This document shows, one piece after another, positions 32,856 to 42,877 of a stretch of 64,000 nucleotides of DNA. Every line of letters begins with the position of its first letter. Within the stretch, counting starts at the first letter, position 1. Origin of the DNA: an uncultured Solirubrobacteraceae bacterium. GTDB lineage: Bacteria; Actinomycetota; Thermoleophilia; Solirubrobacterales; Solirubrobacteraceae. Under the pieces are notes generated by a model. The model was not told the origin of the DNA. It ran no database searches and worked only from the letters and a program-made list of their open reading frames with translations. The stretch is from positions 160,001 through 224,000 of the forward strand of contig CAZPQW010000001.1 in assembly GCA_964588985.1 (NCBI GenBank), in the 5' to 3' direction. Both the position numbers and the translations under genes were made by a program.

Positions 32856-33377
32856 GGAAGATGGGGAGGGAACAATGGGATGACGAAGCCGTCGTTGCTG
32901 GCTGACCTAAGGATGAGAGACCGCGGATCCTACCGCGCAAAGGCTCTTAGGTCGTCTGCCGCCGCCAATCGTGGTGCGGCCGTCGACGGCATACCACGTG
33001 GCCAAACCCCGTGATTTCGGATGCCTGGACTCGTGCTCGACCCACCCGGCAAGCCCCATCGATGGCCAGCCATGGCGCACTCCTGGATGGCTTCGGGACG
33101 GATCGTGGATCGCGTGTCGATCCGCACCGGCGACAGCGGGCAGCGATCGCCGGCCGGCCGCGCATGAGCTCGGGATGAGCGGCCGCAGAGGCGCGTCCGA
33201 CTACGCCGACGACCCGCCAACCACATATCGGGTCGCGATGCGGTTGCTGTCGTGTGAACGGGCTCGCGTCCTCTGTGAGCACTGTTAAATAAAAACACCC
33301 TGAAACAGATGGTGATACCATCGCGCTCCATGGGGCGTGTGAGAAGGACCGGTTAGACGAGTGCCTCGTACGAACGC

Positions 33378-34508
33378 ATGAGGGTCCTGCTGCAGGGACG
33401 CTCATCTCGAAGTATCGCCGTGAACCCGGGAGGGGATCAGGTCCAGCTCGACGCCACCGCGGATGCGCTTCGAACTACAAAGGGCGTCGATGCACATGTC
33501 TCGGCCGAGGTCGCCCCGGATCTAACCGGCTTCGACGCCGTTCACCTATTCGGGCTGGTGCGGCCGCAGGAGACCTGGATGCAGGCGAGGAATGCGCATC
33601 GGCAGGGCAAGCCGATAGTTCTCTCCACTGTTTATTGCGACGTTTGGGAGTTTGAGCGAGTGGCGCGCACGGGTCCTGTGGGTTGGATCGCGCGTCACTC
33701 CAATCGCGATATCATGGAGGCATTGAAGGCGGCGGGTCGCGGGCTCAACAGTCGCGAGTGGAGCAGCGGCTCGACAGCGCTGTTCATTCGGCGCTTCACG
33801 CGTATGCAGAGAGAGTTGATAGCGATGTCGTCCTCGTTGCTGCCGAATTCACACTCCGAGTGGTTGCGTATAGCCGACGATCTCGGATTCGACCGGACCG
33901 ATGGGCGCGTGACCGTCGTTCCGAATGGCTTCGACGCCGACGCTTGGAATTCCGTCGCGGTCGGCGGATCTCCTCCGGACCATCTCGCGCAGCTCGAGAA
34001 TTGCGTGCTGTGCGTCGCTCGCATCGAGGGCAGGAAGAACCAGTTGAACCTGATAGAGGCGGTCCGCGACACCGACATGACACTCGTCCTCGCCGGTCCG
34101 GCGACCGCGAATCAGAGCCGCTATGTTCGACGGGTCAGGGAAGCGGCCGCGTCGGCAAGCAACGTACACATGCTTGGAGAGGTCACAGCCGAGGAAAAGG
34201 CCTGGCTCTACGCGGTGGCCGGCGTGCATGTCCTGCCGAGTTGGATGGAGACGACGGGGCTCTCTTCACTGGAAGCCGCGGTCGCCGGCTGTGCGATCGT
34301 CGTCTCACCGAATGGCGATACCCGCGAGTACTTCGTCGATGACGCCGAGTACTGCGACCCCGCGGATCCGTTGTCGATCCGTGCGGCGATCCTCAGGTCG
34401 CGCGAACGTGGCCCGAGCCCCGAGCTCATGCGCCGCATTCGAACCGAGTACACATGGGAGCGGGCGGCCGATGCCACCTACCGTGCGTATAGCGACGTCA
34501 TCGCCTGA
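33378..34508 (+). CDS. Glycosyltransferase family 4
   Basis: GGDQVQ, ARIEGRKNQ, PSWMETTGLSSLEA. Confidence 0.92.
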   Translation: MRVLLQGRSSRSIAVNPGGDQVQLDATADALRTTKGVDAHVSAEVAPDLTGFDAVHLFGLVRPQETWMQARNAHRQGKPIVLSTVYCDVWEFERVARTGPVGWIARHSNRDIMEALKAAGRGLNSREWSSGSTALFIRRFTRMQRELIAMSSSLLPNSHSEWLRIADDLGFDRTDGRVTVVPNGFDADAWNSVAVGGSPPDHLAQLENCVLCVARIEGRKNQLNLIEAVRDTDMTLVLAGPATANQSRYVRRVREAAASASNVHMLGEVTAEEKAWLYAVAGVHVLPSWMETTGLSSLEAAVAGCAIVVSPNGDTREYFVDDAEYCDPADPLSIRAAILRSRERGPSPELMRRIRTEYTWERAADATYRAYSDVIA

Positions 34509-34537
34509 CCTTCCGCGCGCAGAGCCAGATCAGGCAC

Positions 34538-35416
34538 TCACGACAGCTCGCGCAGCGGCTTGCCGCTGATCACGTCGTCGTAGGCGACCTTTGGGAAGAT
34601 CGTGAGCTTGCCACCGACGGTAGCGTCGACGATGACGCGTCCGGCGCGCTCGTAAGCGCGTCGTGTCTCAGCGTACGCCGCCTCCATCTGCTGCCAATCT
34701 GGCAGCTGCCACTTGACGCCCTTGCCGAAGTAGCCGGGCGTGAAGTGATTCGGGTCATCGCCATGAGATACGACCACCGCCGGTCGCAGGTCGTCGGCGT
34801 CCTGCGGAAGCGTCTCGGCAGCAACGATTCCCGTCTCGACGAACGCGTGATCCACGCCGATGAGGATGACCTCGGAGAAGCCGAAGTAATAGGCAAGCTG
34901 CATGGAGAAGTGGGTCACGGTCGCACCTTCGTAAAAGCCCCAGCGAGTCGGGTGCGTGCCGAAGTGCGGCCCGCGACGGGCCAGGAACGCCGTCACGGTT
35001 CTCGGCAGATCCTGAAATCTTGCGTACTTGTGGCTCATGAACACCTCGCACGGCGTTTGGGCCATCTCCTGTCCAAACTGTTCAATTATCTCCACTGCAA
35101 TCGCAGACAGGAAGGTCGTATGAAATCCGAGATCCTCGAACGCGAGGTAGATTCGGTTGGCCCCGAAAGTGTATTCGTCCGCGAGTGGAGACAGGTCCAT
35201 GTTCTTCAGGCTCGGCCCATTGCCGATGATGAACGCACGCTTGCCCCAATGGCGATCGCGCATGCCGACCAGACGCTGCGCCGATTCCCTGCCCCAAGGC
35301 GATCTCAGGTACGACGACAGGAGAAACGAATCGTCGAATGCTCCTCCGACGCGCGCTGGAAGCTCGGAGCCGACGGCCGCGCGGGCTACACCCGCTACTT
35401 TCTTTCTCAATGTCAT
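34538..35416 (-). CDS. DUF115/MptE-like (Maf/sialyltransferase-like fold) protein
   Basis: IIGNGPSL, FGANRIY, QLAYYFGFSEVILIGVDH, NHF..GYF. Confidence 0.85.
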   Translation of the reverse strand: MTLRKKVAGVARAAVGSELPARVGGAFDDSFLLSSYLRSPWGRESAQRLVGMRDRHWGKRAFIIGNGPSLKNMDLSPLADEYTFGANRIYLAFEDLGFHTTFLSAIAVEIIEQFGQEMAQTPCEVFMSHKYARFQDLPRTVTAFLARRGPHFGTHPTRWGFYEGATVTHFSMQLAYYFGFSEVILIGVDHAFVETGIVAAETLPQDADDLRPAVVVSHGDDPNHFTPGYFGKGVKWQLPDWQQMEAAYAETRRAYERAGRVIVDATVGGKLTIFPKVAYDDVISGKPLRELS

Positions 35417-35586
35417 CAGCGGTCAGACCTCCGGTGGCTCGCGGGTGCGCGTTGGCAAGCTCCGGCCCTGTCGGCGGAACTGGCCACGTAGGCTAGCGAG
35501 TCGCGTCCCGAGCAGCCTGCTCCCCGGGGGCCGTCGTCTGCGTGAAACGTGTGCAGTCGATGGGTTCCCGTGTACCCTTATCGGCG

Positions 35587-36501
35587 ATGATGACCGGGAA
35601 GACCGTGATCGGCATAGCAACCGGTGGACGCCACGAGGAACTTCGCCGGCTTCTCGACGCGCTGGCAGCCGATTACGGATATCGAGAAGATGTGTACCTG
35701 CTTGTGGTTGACAATAGCGCGGATGCCGGCTCACGTTCCGTCTTCGACGAGTGCAGCGTCGGCTTCGGGGAGCGGTGCCTCTATGTGCACGAGCCCAAGC
35801 GCGGCTACGCGGCGGCTCGCAACGCGGTGATCCGCAACGTCGACGGCGCGCGGGCGCTGGCGCTCATCGATGACGACGAGGTCCCGGAGTCCGGTTGGCT
35901 CGACAGCCTGCTCGAGGCTCAGCGCCGCACCGGAGCCGACGTGGTCGCCGGTCCCGTGATCAGCATCTACCCGCCGGGCGTCCCGGACTGGTACGAGAAG
36001 AGCGGGGTATTCACGATGGAGGCTCCGGACTTTCCGGAAGGGCATGAGATGCCCTGGTGCGCCACGAACAACACCCTGATCACTCCGCGGGTCCTGGAGG
36101 CGGTGCCGGAGGGCTTCGACGACCGCTTCAACACGATGAGCGGCGAGGACAGTCACTTCTTTCTGCTCGCTCGACTCCGCGGCTGCCGGCTCGTGTGGAC
36201 CCGCACAGCGGTGGTCCGTGAGTATCTTCAGCTGGCCAGGTTCAACCGGAGGTGGATCTTCAAGCGCGCCATGCGCAGCGGGAACACGCGGGCGCTCATC
36301 GAGCGACAGCTCATCGGGGGAGCTCGGATCACATTGGTCCGAGGGTTCAAGGCCGCCGGCCTGCTCGTACTGGGATCCGCATCGGCCATCGTCGCCGCCG
36401 TCCGTCGGGACCGGGCGCTCAGCCTGCGCGCAATCCACAGGATCGGGCTCGGTTGCGGGATGGTGCTCGCATTCGTCTTCTCCGACCCATGGAAACCATA
36501 G
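35587..36501 (+). CDS. Glycosyltransferase family 2 (ExoM-like)
   Basis: VVDN, GYAAARN, IDDDE, GFD..F...GEDS. Confidence 0.9.
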   Translation: MMTGKTVIGIATGGRHEELRRLLDALAADYGYREDVYLLVVDNSADAGSRSVFDECSVGFGERCLYVHEPKRGYAAARNAVIRNVDGARALALIDDDEVPESGWLDSLLEAQRRTGADVVAGPVISIYPPGVPDWYEKSGVFTMEAPDFPEGHEMPWCATNNTLITPRVLEAVPEGFDDRFNTMSGEDSHFFLLARLRGCRLVWTRTAVVREYLQLARFNRRWIFKRAMRSGNTRALIERQLIGGARITLVRGFKAAGLLVLGSASAIVAAVRRDRALSLRAIHRIGLGCGMVLAFVFSDPWKP

Positions 36502-36527
36502 GTTGCGCGGGAGCCGATTGCCTCAGC

Positions 36528-38087
36528 TCACTTGCGGAACGTCATGACAATGGCGCTCGAAGGCGCAAGCGCGACCCGAAAGGCTCCACCGAGCTTGGGA
36601 ATCGCCGTTCCGGTTGATCGCCGCCCAAAAGTCACACCGCTGGTCGCGCTGATCGAGGGGCCCGTCAAACGCTTGCCCGTGGCTTTGCTGTAGCCCGACA
36701 TTCTCACGGCGAAATCAGTCACACCTTCGGTGGCGAAGTTGTCGATCGCCAGGGTTGTCACACCGTTAGAGTGCGTCGTCGCATACGCGGTGAAGTCTTC
36801 TGGTGTGCCCTGTTCGCCGATATCGACTGGGATGAAGCGCCCGCCCTCGAGCTGTCGAGCGGCCAGCAGGCCAAAGTACTCCGGGCGGGGAGCGACTCGT
36901 CCGCGCGCCTCCGCGGTTCTGCTGGGCGCACACATGGGACTGAAGGAGGCCGGCGTGCAAAGTCCAAAGGAACCATGGAAGTTGAGTCCGGTGACTCCGG
37001 CGCTGGCGGCGCGCAACACCCAGTCGAAGGCCCACAGCGCGCTTGCGAACACAGGGCTTGTGGCGGGGCCGCCGCCCGTGTTGCAGGAGGTGGTCGTGTT
37101 CGTCTCACTGATGCGAGCTTCGCGGTGGGCGGCCTGGCCCGCGGCGACAAGCATCTCGAGCATGGAGGTCTCCTGCTGGCGAACTTCTGGGGAGAGGAGA
37201 TCGATCGCGGTGGGCATGGCCGTGGCTTTGCAAGCACCGCGAGCGACACTGTACGTAGTGGGGTAGTAGTGCTCGGTCAGCGCCGCAAACGGCGCCGGTG
37301 AGTTTGAGGTAATCGCAGTCAACCAGCTGGACGTGGAAAGCTCTGGGCCATATAGCCGGATTCCGGGTGAGGCGGCATGGATCGCAGTGCTGTATGCCGA
37401 GAGTTCTTCGAGATAGGTGCCGACGCTGTAGGAGCTGTCGCGGAGGCCGATCGAGGGAGTGCTGTAGCCATTGGGCTCGTTCCCGATCTCGATGCCCAGT
37501 AGACGCGAGCCCACGACGTGCCTCGCGACGCGAGCCTCGCTTGCCGCTCGCGTGGGGTCGAAATGGCCGAGGTCGACGCCGATGATCGCCCGCCAACCGG
37601 TTGCTTCCAACAGCCTGCGAAGGGCGCTTAGATCTGAAGGGGTGATCACGTTTGTGGCCCACGCTGGCGCTGCTTCGCGGTCGCTGGTCCACCACGAGGT
37701 GTCGAGTGAATTGCCGCCGATCCGAAGCACTCCTGGACCGAGCAGTCGCATGAGCGCTACGAGCGACCTGTGGCCGGCGCTCATGTTACGGGTTGTGAGC
37801 TGGGCGACCTCCACGGACAGGCCGATTGCGCCTGACACGAATCTCTTTCCCGGATGCGCGGATTCGACGGTCAAAGTTACGCGCCGCGCGGCGCTCTCGG
37901 TGGCGCGATGGGTGTGGTCGAGACCTCGTACCGGTGCGTGAGCCAAGCGGGCGGATCGAGACCCGTGCGGGAGCGCCACGCCGAGGCTTGACAGCAGCAG
38001 GATCATCGCCGCGGACGCGACCACCAGTGCTAGTGAGGCTCGCAGGCGAGTCCGTAGCGCTGAATGACGCTCAGGTTGCGTGAGCAC
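36528..38087 (-). CDS. Secreted glycoside hydrolase family 79-like protein
   Basis: N-terminal TM/signal; GLSVE, LRIGGN, EIGNEP, HYYP, ISETN, ALWAFDW, NFHG. Confidence 0.85.
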   Translation of the reverse strand: MLTQPERHSALRTRLRASLALVVASAAMILLLSSLGVALPHGSRSARLAHAPVRGLDHTHRATESAARRVTLTVESAHPGKRFVSGAIGLSVEVAQLTTRNMSAGHRSLVALMRLLGPGVLRIGGNSLDTSWWTSDREAAPAWATNVITPSDLSALRRLLEATGWRAIIGVDLGHFDPTRAASEARVARHVVGSRLLGIEIGNEPNGYSTPSIGLRDSSYSVGTYLEELSAYSTAIHAASPGIRLYGPELSTSSWLTAITSNSPAPFAALTEHYYPTTYSVARGACKATAMPTAIDLLSPEVRQQETSMLEMLVAAGQAAHREARISETNTTTSCNTGGGPATSPVFASALWAFDWVLRAASAGVTGLNFHGSFGLCTPASFSPMCAPSRTAEARGRVAPRPEYFGLLAARQLEGGRFIPVDIGEQGTPEDFTAYATTHSNGVTTLAIDNFATEGVTDFAVRMSGYSKATGKRLTGPSISATSGVTFGRRSTGTAIPKLGGAFRVALAPSSAIVMTFRK

Positions 38088-38271
38088 GAAGGATTGCGTA
38101 GATGCGAAGAATATGACGATTCACAACGGCACGCGCCGTTTGACAAGAGCGCATTGTGTGGCTCGAAGGCGCTCGGGCAGGAGCGTGAGGCGTTGCGACG
38201 TGCTTGCTGTATAGTGCGCCGTCCGGTATTGTACGGAACTTGCACATGGATGCGGCGAGTAGGATGACCTG

Positions 38272-39882
38272 ATGGGCTCTGAGCGGCCAAGCCTAAGTAT
38301 TGAGCAGGTTCTGGGCGTCCTTCGACGTCGCGCGTCATGGATCTTGCTGTGCGTTGTTCTCGCCGCGGCGGCGTCCTACGGCTTCTCGAAGCAGCAGACC
38401 AAGAAGTACAAGGCGACCGCTTCCGTCTCTTTCAGCAACAACCCGCTCGGTCAGCAGATCGCCGGCCTATCTTCGGGCGGCGGCAGCAACAACAGTGTGC
38501 TTGTTCAGCAGGACAACGACCTGGAACTCCTCAGTCTTGGCGACATGGCGGCGAAGACCGCAAGTCTGCTCGGGCATGGCTTGACCGAGGAAAAGGTCAG
38601 CTCGATCGTGAGCATAAGCGGCAAAGGAGAATCGAGCATCTTCGCCGTCGCGGCGACCTACACGTCTCCGGGGGCAGCCGCCGAGATCGCGAACACCTAC
38701 GCGCGGCAGTTCGTCAAAGAGCAGCAGACCGCCAACCGTCAGTTCTTCAAGTCCGCGCTTGCGCTCGTCAAGAAGCAGCTGTCTGCATTGTCACCGGTGC
38801 AGAGGATCGGCTCAGACGGACTTGATCTCGTGAACCGCGCTCACACGTTGGCCCTTCTTGCCGCCCTGGGCTACAACAGCGTCGAGTTGGCCCAGGAAGC
38901 TGGGGTGCCTACGAGTCCGTCCACCCCGAAGACCAAAAGGAACACCGGATTGGGCGCGGTCTTGGGCTTGTTGCTCGGCCTGGGCATCGCCTTCCTCCTG
39001 GAGCGCTTCGATCGTCGGATCAGGGAGCTCGAGGAGCTGGAGGAGATCTATCGCCTGCCCATGCTCGGCATCGTCCCGAAGAGCGCTGCGCTCGCACGAT
39101 CCGCTACGCACGATGGGAGGGGCAAAGGCGCAGCTCTGCCGCCCGCGGAGGCGGAGGCGTTCAGTCTGATCCGCGCTCACCTGCGGTTCTTCAACGTGGA
39201 TCGAGACGTGCGCACGATCGTGATCGCATCGCCTGCGCCAGGCGACGGCAAGACGACGATCGCTCGCCATCTGGCCGAGGCGGCTGCAAGATCGGGGTCG
39301 CAGGTGCTGCTTCTGGAGGTGGATTTGCGGCAGCCGACGCTCGCCAGGCAGTTCGGCATCGACGCCGGACCAGGCCTCGCCGGCGTGCTGATCGGCGCCA
39401 TCTCGATGAACGAGGCCACTCAGTCGGTGGCGGTGCAGGCGCCTTCTGGCGAGGGCGTCCAGGGGCGAACGCTCGATGTGCTCGCCGCCGGCACGGTATT
39501 GCCGCCCAACCCGGGTGAGCTGCTCGAGAGCCACGCAATGAGCGTCGTGCTTGAGCAGGCAAAGTCCGTATACGACCTCGTCGTCATCGACACGCCGCCT
39601 CTCACCGCGGTATCGGATGCGTTCCCGCTGCTCATGAAGGTCGACGGTGTCGTCATCGTCGGCCGAGTCGGGCGCAGCCGGCGCGACGCCGCGGAGCAGC
39701 TCCACCAGGTTCTCTCGAGCAGTGGCGCGCCGCTGCTCGGAGTCATCGCCAACGGCTCGAAGTCGGGCAGTCTCAGTCCCTACCCCGGGCCCGGGGGAAG
39801 TGGCAAGTCGTCTTCTGCCGTCGCCTCGGTCAACGGTGCCTCTTCGTCATCCGAGCAGCTCACCCCGAGCGCCAGGATCTGA
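38272..39882 (+). CDS. Polysaccharide co-polymerase/tyrosine autokinase (Wzc/CpsCD fusion)
   Basis: Two TM segments; Walker A SPAPGDGKT, EVDLR, PPNPGELL, VIDTPP. Confidence 0.92.
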   Translation: MGSERPSLSIEQVLGVLRRRASWILLCVVLAAAASYGFSKQQTKKYKATASVSFSNNPLGQQIAGLSSGGGSNNSVLVQQDNDLELLSLGDMAAKTASLLGHGLTEEKVSSIVSISGKGESSIFAVAATYTSPGAAAEIANTYARQFVKEQQTANRQFFKSALALVKKQLSALSPVQRIGSDGLDLVNRAHTLALLAALGYNSVELAQEAGVPTSPSTPKTKRNTGLGAVLGLLLGLGIAFLLERFDRRIRELEELEEIYRLPMLGIVPKSAALARSATHDGRGKGAALPPAEAEAFSLIRAHLRFFNVDRDVRTIVIASPAPGDGKTTIARHLAEAAARSGSQVLLLEVDLRQPTLARQFGIDAGPGLAGVLIGAISMNEATQSVAVQAPSGEGVQGRTLDVLAAGTVLPPNPGELLESHAMSVVLEQAKSVYDLVVIDTPPLTAVSDAFPLLMKVDGVVIVGRVGRSRRDAAEQLHQVLSSSGAPLLGVIANGSKSGSLSPYPGPGGSGKSSSAVASVNGASSSSEQLTPSARI

Positions 39883-39909
39883 CTCGACGCACTTTCGGAG
39901 CCCGTCGGC

Positions 39910-40788
39910 TCAAGGGCAAATTCCGCCTGTAGAGGGCCGGTCCGGTTGTGAGACGACCGCGAATCTCGTCAGGTCGTCGTAGAGGGCGACAGCCTCGTCA
40001 TCTTCGACAAGATCTCTCCAGTCGTCGGTTCGCGATCTGACGAGGCGATCTTCAAAGAAGTTAGCCGCGACGTCGTCGCTGTAGCCGTGGTGACGTGTGC
40101 AGCGAATCACCTGATCGGCGAAGTCGGGGCTATCGAATAGCGCTATCGGACAGTCATGGCTCTGCGCAAAGCCCAGCAGCGCTCGGTTGTAGGTCTTCCA
40201 GAGGGCGATGGCCTGCCGGTTCGTCATCGGCTCGCCACGCCGCACCAGCGATTCGGCGACATCGATCGGGTTCCGAACGGTCGCCATCGGATTGATCGAC
40301 ACGCCATCCCACAGATCGAGCATGAGGAGCATTCTCGGGTCCTTCAATACGCATCGTCTCCCGGCGCACTGACTGATGATGCGGTTTCGATCCGCCATGT
40401 GGGCCTTGAGATATTTGACCGCGGTCTTTGGCGGTTCGCGCCACGATGACGCGTTCACCTGAAGCACTCGGTTAGTAAGCGCCGTCAGCTCGACCGGCTC
40501 GCGTGTGCCCCGCTTGTTGTCGCCGGTCCCGTCGGAGGCGACCGTTCCAGGCACCGTGAAGCCAAGGTCCTCGAGAATCCCGACGGCCGCAGACGTGCCG
40601 CTCCGGTGCATACCGAAAACGACGAGAACGGGGTCGTGTGGTGGGGCATCGGACTTCGGGGCTCGATACCGCAATCGCCACGCAGCTCGCTGCAGGGCAT
40701 ATCCAGAGAGCCGTAGCCGTTCGTTGAGCGAGGTGGGCTGGTCGGTATATGGAAATGAGCCTCGTGGAGACTGCACGGGCTGCGGCAT
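39910..40788 (-). CDS. Sulfotransferase family protein
   Basis: GMHRSGTS PAPS loop, LKDPR, VRNPIDVAESL. TGATG coupling to the ABC gene. Confidence 0.85.
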   Translation of the reverse strand: MPQPVQSPRGSFPYTDQPTSLNERLRLSGYALQRAAWRLRYRAPKSDAPPHDPVLVVFGMHRSGTSAAVGILEDLGFTVPGTVASDGTGDNKRGTREPVELTALTNRVLQVNASSWREPPKTAVKYLKAHMADRNRIISQCAGRRCVLKDPRMLLMLDLWDGVSINPMATVRNPIDVAESLVRRGEPMTNRQAIALWKTYNRALLGFAQSHDCPIALFDSPDFADQVIRCTRHHGYSDDVAANFFEDRLVRSRTDDWRDLVEDDEAVALYDDLTRFAVVSQPDRPSTGGICP

Positions 40789-42650
40789 CAAACCGGATCC
40801 CGGCCGGGTGCTCCCGTGGCTACAGTCGTTGCGGAGCGGTAGTAAGGGTTGGTTTGCTCCAGCTGCGTGATGGTGTCGAAAGCGTTCAGGTGGCCGTCGA
40901 GAATCACCATTACCCGGTCGCACATGTCGAGCGTAGACATGCGATGCGCGATGATGAATAGCGTGACCTTGTGCTTGAGCGCGGTCAGGGACTCCTGTAT
41001 GAGGACCTCCGAGCGTGGGTCGAGTGCACTGGTGGGCTCGTCCAAGATCAGGATTTCCGGTTGGGCGGCGAGTGCACGCGCCAGACAGATCCTCTGCTGT
41101 TGTCCGCCTGAGACCGCGTCTGCTCGAGGCCCGACGATCGTCTCATAGCCGTTCGGCCAACTCGCTATGTCCTCATGGATCCGGGCGAGTGTGGCAGCCC
41201 GAATCACAGCGTCATCGTCGAGGTCGCGGAAGTACCGTATGTTCTCCGCCACGGTCGCATGCACGAGGCGGGGTTCCTGCGGTACATATGCAACGCGCGA
41301 GTGCCAGTCGTCCTGACGGAACTGCTCGACGGGTACGTTGTTGATGAGATATCGCCCCGCGTCTGGTGCGCGCAGGTTCAGCAAGATCTGGACCAGCGTC
41401 GACTTTCCTGCACCTGATGGACCGATCACACCAACGGCCTCGCTTCCACGGGCCTCGAAGGTGATATCGGACAGCACGGGCCGGCCTGGTTGGTAAGCGA
41501 ACGACACGTGCTCGAACTTCAAGGTCAGCACTTTCTGCATCGGCAACGAGCCGCTTGCTCGACTGCTTGCCGAATAGCGCTGCTCGGCCTCATCCAGGCG
41601 CTCGATGAACGGGGCGGCCTGACGAACGAATGTGTAGGAGCCCTGGATCTGCTGACCGTAGAGGCCGGCCCGCACGAGCAGCAGGACCACCGCTCCCAGC
41701 GATGCCACGTGGCTGCTTCCGGCCTCGTACAGAACGCCAAGACCCCCAACGAGGACCAGGTAGACCAAGCTCTGATAGACGTTTGGAATCAGGCGGGCGA
41801 CGAACTGTGTGCGAAAAAACAGATCCTGAGCGATGGCGACGAAGCCATTGATGCGGCTGCGCTGAGCGTCGGCCACCCCGAATACCCGGGTCTCTTCGAT
41901 CACCCGATTGGCCTCGCTGACCCCACCGGCGTAGGACATCTGCGCCTGCGACAGCGACCTCGAATGCCGAGCGCCCATTGCGTTTATCGGTCGCAGAAGA
42001 GAGAAGAGCAGGATGGCGGCCGCGAGTACGACGATGGCGGCCACGATGTTCAGGGCCAGCGCCGAGACGACCAGAACGGCGAAGGTGAAAAGCGAGGAGA
42101 TCAACGTCGTCGCCTGGAGCGCTCCCTGGCTGGCCTGCATAATCTGACTTGTCATGATCTCCTGCAGATGTCCCTCGCGGTCGCGCGACTGCATCTCCCA
42201 GGAGGCGTCGGTGAAAGACTCGAACATGCGTCTACGCAGGCGCCCCTGCACTTCGGCGGCGATGCGCGCGGGAAGCCACGAGATCAATACTTGAAGCGCG
42301 ATGCGAACGACGGCTAGGGCGAACGCGATGGCCAGCAGGGCGCCGACCGACGCGTTTGCATGCAGCGGCCCGATTTCAAGATGAACTCGCGTAACCCTGT
42401 TGACGAGTGTCGTCGCCACCTGGGCCACGATCGCGAGGACGCCGGCTTCGGCGAACCCCGAGATCACCGAGCCGATCGCCAGTGCCACGATCGACCGGCG
42501 CCGATCGCCGAGCAGCGGGCGCAACTGCGACCACACCGACAACCGCAGTGGTGTTGTCACAGGTTCGGACGGTCCAAGAGGTCTGGTTCCGGGATCCACC
42601 CGCGAGCGGAACGCAGCCCATCTCTTGCGGCCAATCGTGTCGTCAGCCAT
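40788..42650 (-). CDS. ABC transporter permease/ATPase fusion (PglK/MsbA-like candidate glycan flippase)
   Basis: TM domain plus GPSGAGKS, VSGGQQQR, LDEPTSALD, IAHR. Confidence 0.92.
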   Translation of the reverse strand: MADDTIGRKRWAAFRSRVDPGTRPLGPSEPVTTPLRLSVWSQLRPLLGDRRRSIVALAIGSVISGFAEAGVLAIVAQVATTLVNRVTRVHLEIGPLHANASVGALLAIAFALAVVRIALQVLISWLPARIAAEVQGRLRRRMFESFTDASWEMQSRDREGHLQEIMTSQIMQASQGALQATTLISSLFTFAVLVVSALALNIVAAIVVLAAAILLFSLLRPINAMGARHSRSLSQAQMSYAGGVSEANRVIEETRVFGVADAQRSRINGFVAIAQDLFFRTQFVARLIPNVYQSLVYLVLVGGLGVLYEAGSSHVASLGAVVLLLVRAGLYGQQIQGSYTFVRQAAPFIERLDEAEQRYSASSRASGSLPMQKVLTLKFEHVSFAYQPGRPVLSDITFEARGSEAVGVIGPSGAGKSTLVQILLNLRAPDAGRYLINNVPVEQFRQDDWHSRVAYVPQEPRLVHATVAENIRYFRDLDDDAVIRAATLARIHEDIASWPNGYETIVGPRADAVSGGQQQRICLARALAAQPEILILDEPTSALDPRSEVLIQESLTALKHKVTLFIIAHRMSTLDMCDRVMVILDGHLNAFDTITQLEQTNPYYRSATTVATGAPGRDPV

Positions 42651-42877
42651 GGATCACGTCTCCGAACTCTGCCGTATTCGAGGCGATCCGCTGTCTTGCG
42701 CATGTAGCCATCCGTTAGCTCTGAGGTTACGTCATCCGCTTTGCACGATGATATTGGCCGTGCACAAGGAGAATGTCAACTGAACAGAGCAGACAGTCGT
42801 AGTCTACGGTATCTAGGCTGGGCTCAGCCCTTCCACCCGCGTCGCTTCGGTCCGGCGCTGGAGCGGCTCCCCGGACG

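Noticed and set aside
32930-33331. Small ORFs in the GT4-GT4 gap as a second RiPP precursor
   Set aside because: No YxxP leader, Thr(-2) or clear SD, and no recognisable protein features.
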